From: a virus
Taxonomy: Duplodnaviria; Caudoviricetes
DNA: 31,175 nucleotides
Reading direction: 5' to 3' (one strand)
Virus record (IMG/VR): IMGVR_UViG_3300032244_000256
Span: 1 to 31,175 of that record
Positions within the stretch are counted from its first letter, which is position 1. Every line of letters starts with the position of its first letter. Shown piece by piece: positions 25,297 through 31,175 of the stretch. The notes under the pieces were generated by a model. It was not told the origin of the DNA. It saw nothing but the letters and a program-made list of their open reading frames with translations, and searched no databases. Both the position numbers and the translations under genes were made by a program.

Positions 25297-26117
25297 AAGT
25301 GGGGGTTATCTTACCCTCTAGGGGTCTGATGTTCTCACAAACTGCAGACGAGCTACTACAAAACCTAAAAGGAATATCACATAAAATATTTTTCTCTCAT
25401 AGGAAACCTATACCTGAGTGTTTCGTTAGTCCTACTAATCGAGCTCTTATAGATAAAGACATCACACACCTATGGTTTGTGGAAGATGACATGGTCCTAC
25501 CTCCTGGTCTATTGCAAGCTATGCTTGACGAGGATGCTAACGCAATTACATGTGATTACCCAGTTACTAAAGACGGAAGAGGATCTGTTTTCTACGATAA
25601 GGGCGGAAGAGTAGTCTTCTCTGGTACTGGCTGTTTGCTGGTTAAAAGAAGAGTCTTTGACAGCCTACGAGAACCATATTTTACCGATAAGGTTAGATGG
25701 ACAATGCTTAACTATGGTGAATCAGTTAAACTCGTTGCAACTAGAAACGATACTAAAGACGGATATGGCTTACACGACATCACGTTCAGCATAAAACTGT
25801 GGAAAGCTGGAATAATCATTAAAGTTCTACCGATTAAACTTGCTCAGCGTAAACTTATTAGCTTAGGTAAAGCAGGTAGCAACAATGGTGCGCACAACAT
25901 TGAAGTCTGGAAGAAAATTGTTAAGAACAAGCGCCTTAAAGCAATTCAAGAACAACCAATCTCACTTGGCGCTAAAACAAAGCTTGTAACAGTAGACACC
26001 CCTACGGGAGCAGTAACAACAAGCCAGAAACACGCAGAAAACCTCGTTAACCAGGGATTAGCTACGTATCCAGCTAAAAGATTTACGATAATAGATGATA
26101 GCGAAGTAGAGATATGA
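25293..26117 (+). CDS. Glycosyltransferase, GT-A/GT2-like, paralog of 24351..25199
   Basis: Shares LPSRGLMFS, EDDM, DYP, GTG, YGLHD and QRKL..LG...SNNGAH.I with it. Confidence 0.75.
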   Translation: MKVGVILPSRGLMFSQTADELLQNLKGISHKIFFSHRKPIPECFVSPTNRALIDKDITHLWFVEDDMVLPPGLLQAMLDEDANAITCDYPVTKDGRGSVFYDKGGRVVFSGTGCLLVKRRVFDSLREPYFTDKVRWTMLNYGESVKLVATRNDTKDGYGLHDITFSIKLWKAGIIIKVLPIKLAQRKLISLGKAGSNNGAHNIEVWKKIVKNKRLKAIQEQPISLGAKTKLVTVDTPTGAVTTSQKHAENLVNQGLATYPAKRFTIIDDSEVEI

Positions 26118-26827
26118 AACTCTTGATTACGATGATTACCTATAACCGTCTTCAATACACGAAGAAGACGCTGCGTAGTTTATGGGCGACGATTCAAGTC
26201 CCATATTTTCTGATAATCGTTGATAATGCATCAACTGACGGCACACAAGCATATCTAGCTAATTTAGTTGAGCGTAACAGAGCTAATCAAGTTATCTTTA
26301 ATGATAAGAACCTATATCCTGGTAAAGCTACAAATATTGGCTGGACTGAAGGACTTGAAGAGTATTCTGAAGCAACACACCTTATGCGTCTTGATAACGA
26401 CATGCATTTTGAAAAAGGCTGGGATGCTATGGCGGAAAATTATTTTAAGAACATCGACAGGCTTGGTCAGCTTGGACTAGATTTTGACGGCGGAGAAAAC
26501 AAGATGCCGCAATACTACAATGGGATGGGACTAGTCGAATGGCCAGGTTGTGTTGGTGGACCAAACATCATAAAACGTTCTATCTTTGAATCTGGTATTC
26601 GTTATGACGAGACACCTTGGGAAGGTTCACGTTCTCGCATGCAAGAGGATAGCAAATTCTCACGAGAAATAAAGAAAGATGGATGGCTAGTTGGTCATAT
26701 GGACGAACGATTAAGCTGGACATTTGCTACTAAAGAAAATTGGAAAGACTACCCAGATTACTACAAGAAAACTATGTATGACCGTGGTTATGATGACGAA
26801 CTTAAATATTTGGAGACATTAGAATGA
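26114..26827 (+). CDS. Glycosyltransferase family 2
   Basis: ITYNR, IIVDNASTDGT, LDND (DxD), ED motif. Confidence 0.9.
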   Translation: MKLLITMITYNRLQYTKKTLRSLWATIQVPYFLIIVDNASTDGTQAYLANLVERNRANQVIFNDKNLYPGKATNIGWTEGLEEYSEATHLMRLDNDMHFEKGWDAMAENYFKNIDRLGQLGLDFDGGENKMPQYYNGMGLVEWPGCVGGPNIIKRSIFESGIRYDETPWEGSRSRMQEDSKFSREIKKDGWLVGHMDERLSWTFATKENWKDYPDYYKKTMYDRGYDDELKYLETLE

Positions 26828-27894
26828 AAACAGTTCTTATTACTGGTGTTGGCGGTTTTATGGGTAGTCATACCCTACGACACGTGTTAACGACGACTGA
26901 CTGGAAGATTATCGGTATTGATTCATTCAGGCACATGGGTAAAACCGACCGTATCACACAACAACTTAGTGACCAAGATCTATCCCGTTTAACATTGATT
27001 AGGCATGATCTCACTGTTCCTTTTAGCGAGCAGTTTGAACAAAAACTAAAAGATATTGACTATGTACTTAACATAGCGTCAGAGAGCCACGTAGACCGCT
27101 CAATAACCGATCCTAGAGAATTTACCGAGAACAACGTTGCGTTGATATTAACAATGCTTGAATGGCTTAAGAAACGTAATAATACACCAATACCTTGCAA
27201 TAACTTCCCAGTATGTGACGACGGATATCCAGGTAATCACTCTCACTTCAATCCTGTAAAGTCATTTATCCACATCTCAACCGATGAAGTATATGGTCCC
27301 GCTACTGATCACAACCACAAAGAAGGTGAACCGTATCGCCCAAGTAATCCGTATTCAGCGTCAAAAGCCGCACAAGAAGCTATTTGCTACGCATACTGGA
27401 GAACCTACAACCTTCCAATAGTTATCACCAATACCATGAACATTATTGGAGAAATGCAGGATCCTGAGAAATTTGTACCGAAAGTCATGAAGCAAATTGC
27501 CAATGGAGAAAAAGTTACCATTCACGCTAGCAAAGACGGACAACCAGGATCTCGATATTATTTACATGCGCGTAACCAAGCAGACGCATTATGTTTCTTA
27601 TTAAAGAATATCGTTCCTACTCGCTACCCAGCAAAAGATTTAGACCGCTTTAACATAGTCGGAGAAAAAGAAGTCAATAATTTAGAGATGGCTGAATTGA
27701 TAGCTAAATTCTACGGAGCAGAACTCAATTATGAGTTAGTTGATTTTCACTCATCACGCCCTGGACATGACCTACGTTATGGACTAGATAATACTAAACT
27801 TAAAGAACTGGGGTGGGTGGCCCCATTCAGCTTTGAAGAAAGTCTGAAATCAACCATAGAATGGACAAAGAATCACCCAGAATGGCTCCTATGA
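26824..27894 (+). CDS. rfbB: dTDP-glucose 4,6-dehydratase (RmlB/RfbB-like SDR)
   Basis: TGVGGFMG, ASESHVDRSI, HISTDEVYG, PYSASKA, RPGHDLRY. Confidence 0.9.
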   Translation: MKTVLITGVGGFMGSHTLRHVLTTTDWKIIGIDSFRHMGKTDRITQQLSDQDLSRLTLIRHDLTVPFSEQFEQKLKDIDYVLNIASESHVDRSITDPREFTENNVALILTMLEWLKKRNNTPIPCNNFPVCDDGYPGNHSHFNPVKSFIHISTDEVYGPATDHNHKEGEPYRPSNPYSASKAAQEAICYAYWRTYNLPIVITNTMNIIGEMQDPEKFVPKVMKQIANGEKVTIHASKDGQPGSRYYLHARNQADALCFLLKNIVPTRYPAKDLDRFNIVGEKEVNNLEMAELIAKFYGAELNYELVDFHSSRPGHDLRYGLDNTKLKELGWVAPFSFEESLKSTIEWTKNHPEWLL

Positions 27895-28556
27895 TTAGCA
27901 TACTTATACCAACTAGAAAACGTCCACATAACATTCAACGATTATGGGACTCAATTGTGAGGACAGTGCGCAATCCACTAGACATTGAGTTGGTTCTATA
28001 CATAGATGAAGATGACGACTCATACGACAATATAAAAGTCCCATTCAAAAAGGTTAGTGGCAAACGCATTGTGTTAAGTGATATGTGGAACGTCTGTGCT
28101 AAAGAAGCTTGCTACGACATTATGATGTACTGTGGTGACGATATAGTTTTTCGCTCAAAAAATTGGGATCGTAAAGTTATAGAAACATTTGATCAGTTTG
28201 AAGATAAGATAGCATACGTCTTCGGTAGAGACGGATCAGTCCACGATCGCATATATGGCACTCATGGCTTTGTACACAGAAATTGGTTTAAGGCTTTAGG
28301 CTATATCTGTCCACCAGTATTTTCTGGTGATTACTCAGATACCTGGATAAACGTTGTCGCTAGACTTATAGATCGACATATCTACATTGATATCTTTACT
28401 GAACATATGCACCCAGATTTCGCTAAAACTGAACTTGATGATACTTACCGAGAGAAGTATGATCGAATGATTAAGGATAAAACAGCTGACATCTATTTCA
28501 GTATGGCTAATGAGAGATATGATGATGCGGCCAAACTTAGAAAGGTAATGAAATGA
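27891..28556 (+). CDS. Glycosyltransferase, GT2-like; start at 27891 or 27882
   Basis: ISILIPTRKR, YIDEDD, CGDDI, YSDTW, EHMHP. Confidence 0.8.
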   Translation: MISILIPTRKRPHNIQRLWDSIVRTVRNPLDIELVLYIDEDDDSYDNIKVPFKKVSGKRIVLSDMWNVCAKEACYDIMMYCGDDIVFRSKNWDRKVIETFDQFEDKIAYVFGRDGSVHDRIYGTHGFVHRNWFKALGYICPPVFSGDYSDTWINVVARLIDRHIYIDIFTEHMHPDFAKTELDDTYREKYDRMIKDKTADIYFSMANERYDDAAKLRKVMK

Positions 28557-29509
28557 AAATAGCAGTACTTGGTGGTGGTGGATTTATAGGATGTAACTTA
28601 GTAAGTTATCTGAAAGACCAAGGTCATTTTGTTCGTGCTGTAGATAAGAAGTTTCCTATGTTCCGTAAAGAGATGTGGGACAAGGCTGACGAAGTCGAAG
28701 TAGCTGATTTACGCGAATATGATGAAGTACATGACGCATTACTCGATATTGATTGGGTCGTACAATTAGCGGCTGACATGGGTGGTGTTGGCTATTTCCA
28801 CGGCGGACATGATTATTATCCATATCTAAGTAGCCATCAGATAAATCTCAATGTACTACAAGTAATGGAAGAATTAGAAATACCACGGTTATTCTTTTCG
28901 GCATCAGCTTGTATATATCCAACGCATCTCAATGACAATACGGACAGCCCAATATTAACTGAAGAAATGATCTATCCAGCAAACTGTGACATGAGTTACG
29001 GATGGGAAAAACTAATGACCCTTCGTCTATGCGAGAGGGCGCCATTTGATGCACGCGTTGGTATCTTTGACACTATCTACGGTCCTTACCAAGAAAAGCA
29101 CGGCGATCGCATGAAGTTCCCCACAGCAATATCTACTAAAGTAATTAAATCGGCTGAGACTGGTGAACCAATTGAAATCTGGGGAGACGGTACACAACAA
29201 CGAGTATTTCTTTACATTGATGACGCCGTTAAAAAGATCTATAACATTTTAAGCAGTGATGTATACGACGGCCCAGTTAACGTTGCTTCAGAGACAGAGG
29301 TTAATGTTAAACAGATAGCTGATCTATGCTGCGATATTGTGGGCAAACCCGAACTCAAGGAAAGTTATAAGTTCCTGCTCGATAAACCATCTGGCGTTAT
29401 GTCACGCAGAACAAGTGGAAAAAAATACGATACATTATACGGTAAAATTAACGAAACCACACCCAAAGAAGGTTTTGAGAAGATGATAAACTGGCTTCTC
29501 TCATTATGA
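28553..29509 (+). CDS. NAD-dependent epimerase, GDP-mannose 3,5-epimerase-like
   Basis: GGGGFIG, LAADMGG.GY, SASACIYP, YGWEK (YxxxK), IEIWGDG.Q.R.FLYIDD. Confidence 0.85.
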   Translation: MKIAVLGGGGFIGCNLVSYLKDQGHFVRAVDKKFPMFRKEMWDKADEVEVADLREYDEVHDALLDIDWVVQLAADMGGVGYFHGGHDYYPYLSSHQINLNVLQVMEELEIPRLFFSASACIYPTHLNDNTDSPILTEEMIYPANCDMSYGWEKLMTLRLCERAPFDARVGIFDTIYGPYQEKHGDRMKFPTAISTKVIKSAETGEPIEIWGDGTQQRVFLYIDDAVKKIYNILSSDVYDGPVNVASETEVNVKQIADLCCDIVGKPELKESYKFLLDKPSGVMSRRTSGKKYDTLYGKINETTPKEGFEKMINWLLSL

Positions 29510-29531
29510 TATACTTAGCCTGTCAGGGCGT
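29507..29531 (+). promoter_or_regulatory. Putative late promoter, TGaTATACT-N8-CAGGGCG
   Basis: TATACT 29510-29515 and CAGGGCG 29524-29530. Confidence 0.55.
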
Positions 29532-29545
29532 TAGGTAAAGAATTC

Positions 29546-31175
29546 ATGGATTTAGAAAAAATAGACGCTTATAACTCTAAGCTAAAAGAGGAAGCTGACC
29601 GCCAAGAGGAACTTGATCTCATTACTAGTGTTGGTGACAAAGTTCAAAAAGCTGTCGAGTACTCTACCGCCAAACTTATATCAGACAAAAAAGTAAACCC
29701 GCAAAAAGTAAATGTTATCAATGACATCGCTACTGCTCGGGATATCTCTAAGGTTGTCGCTGCACTAGATAAACTAGCAGTCGTTTTAAAACCTGAGCCA
29801 AATGATGACACTGGCGTTGTATCTGCTATGGACCGCGTCTATCAGGCTATCCAAGATATTCCTCGTTTATTGCCTCAATCACCAGAACCAGTTGAAGATG
29901 TAACTGTGACAAATATCACAGAAATTCAAAAATATATTCAACCTTTAACTGACGCTGTTAATAAATTAGAACTTAATCCGATATTTGATCCACGCATAGA
30001 AGTCAAGCCCGCAGACGTAAAAGTCAGTACTGAGAAGGTTGACACAGAACCATTATTACGAGCCCTAGAAGCACTCAGTAAAGAGGTGACCAAACTTACT
30101 CTCAAGGATCAACCAGTGACTGACATGACTCCTCTTGTAGAGGCAACTAGGGCTACCACTAAAGCAATTAACAGTCTTAAGTTTCCAGTACCTAACTACA
30201 TCCTTCCTTTTAAAGATATCAATGGTAAGGCTGTTCAAGTACAACTAGATGCTTCAGGTAACGTGCCTACATCTGGTGGTGGTGGCTCAACTGCACAGAC
30301 TGATATATTCAACCAGACAATTATTGGCACTCGCAATAATCAAATAGAAATTGATTTCTCAACTACTGCTGCTAATTTACTAACTGAACTAACAGTAACT
30401 CCAACCAGTGGTGGTAGTGCATCAGTAGGTAATGGGCAAGGTACAATCTCAACAGGAGCAAACACTAATGGTGGCTATAAGGCTGTATCAAATCTATCAA
30501 CTACATATCACCCACACTCAGAAATATATGCTGCATTTACTACTATTTTTACTACAGGTATTGCTAACTCTTATCAAAGAATAGGTCTTTATGATGATGA
30601 CAATGGTTTCTTTATAGGATATGAAGGTACATCATTTGGTGTAACCAAAAGAACTAGCGGAGCAGACACCACAACAGCTCAAGCAAGTTTTAGCGAAGAT
30701 ACTCTTAGTGGACAGACAGGCTCTAGCTTTACAAGAAATGGCACACCAGAAGCATTAGACCCTACTAAAGATAATCTATATAGAATAAGATTTGGTTGGT
30801 TAGGTGCAGCACCAATTTACTATGAAATACTATCCCCAGATGGCGAGTGGGTAACCTTCCACATTATCAGACACCCAAATAGTGCTACTATACCAAGTAT
30901 TGCTGAGCCTAATCTTCCAATGACAATGGATATAAAAAAGAATACTGGTGGAAGCACTGTACTAACATTATCAACAGCTTGCTGGGCTGCTGGCTCAACA
31001 AATAGTCAAGATGTAACTTATGCGAAACCAACTGAAAGATATGCTATTGCAGATATTGAAGCAACAGCTACTTATAAATACTTTGGCTTCCAAAGAGATG
31101 ATGGGTATTGGTATATTATGAGAAAGACATTAGCAACTAAAAAATTTGAGTATGTAGCAGGTGCAATTGTATATA
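29546..31175 (+). CDS. Large putative virion fibre/decoration protein, truncated by the window end; absent from the ORF track
   Basis: Open from ATG 29546 to the end (543 codons): helical/Pro-Val N-terminus, SGGGGS linker, then a Thr/Gly-rich beta domain (QRIGLYDDDNGFFIGY, YRIRFGWLGAAP). Confidence 0.8.
   Translation, partial: MDLEKIDAYNSKLKEEADRQEELDLITSVGDKVQKAVEYSTAKLISDKKVNPQKVNVINDIATARDISKVVAALDKLAVVLKPEPNDDTGVVSAMDRVYQAIQDIPRLLPQSPEPVEDVTVTNITEIQKYIQPLTDAVNKLELNPIFDPRIEVKPADVKVSTEKVDTEPLLRALEALSKEVTKLTLKDQPVTDMTPLVEATRATTKAINSLKFPVPNYILPFKDINGKAVQVQLDASGNVPTSGGGGSTAQTDIFNQTIIGTRNNQIEIDFSTTAANLLTELTVTPTSGGSASVGNGQGTISTGANTNGGYKAVSNLSTTYHPHSEIYAAFTTIFTTGIANSYQRIGLYDDDNGFFIGYEGTSFGVTKRTSGADTTTAQASFSEDTLSGQTGSSFTRNGTPEALDPTKDNLYRIRFGWLGAAPIYYEILSPDGEWVTFHIIRHPNSATIPSIAEPNLPMTMDIKKNTGGSTVLTLSTACWAAGSTNSQDVTYAKPTERYAIADIEATATYKYFGFQRDDGYWYIMRKTLATKKFEYVAGAIVY

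Noticed and set aside
1-31175. Alternative genetic code (stop-codon reassignment)
   Set aside because: TAA, TAG and TGA all end genes at sensible boundaries and coding density is high under code 11; only one suspicious in-frame stop was seen.
1-31175. tRNA, rRNA, CRISPR array, integrase or transposase
   Set aside because: No cloverleaf, regularly spaced repeat-spacer array or recombinase/transposase motif was seen by eye; a tRNAscan/Infernal run would be needed to be certain.

Overview
This window is most of a tailed dsDNA bacteriophage genome (podovirus-like organisation, standard genetic code), cut inside the structural region. Left to right it holds: putative ejection/internal virion proteins, a LamG tail-fibre gene, a lysis cassette (holin-like genes plus amidase), a LamG/CBM fibre gene and a 4-gene accessory operon ending in a metallophosphoesterase. 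A compact ~5 kb minus-strand early region follows (lytic transglycosylase, NinG, KGG-like proteins, SSB-like protein, PD-(D/E)XK nuclease, several micro-ORFs). Next come a divergent control region, TerS, an RHH regulator, a ParB-domain fusion, TerL, portal, scaffold and major capsid. A separately promoted glycosylation cassette (4 GT-A glycosyltransferases plus 2 nucleotide-sugar enzymes) and a truncated fibre-like gene end the window. A KGG-type protein of a kind I recall from Saccharibacteria (TM7) suggests a Patescibacteria/CPR host (inference). The most notable observations are the glycosylation cassette next to the capsid gene, a fixed-spacing TATACT-N8-CWGGGYG element ahead of three structural operons, a ~220-nt structured early leader RNA, a switch/pseudoknot ahead of the scaffold gene, a 20-aa CCHC zinc-knuckle micro-ORF, an in-frame TAA splitting an ejection protein, and the lack of any recognisable replication or integration gene. 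All calls come from reading motifs by eye; no searches or folding were run.
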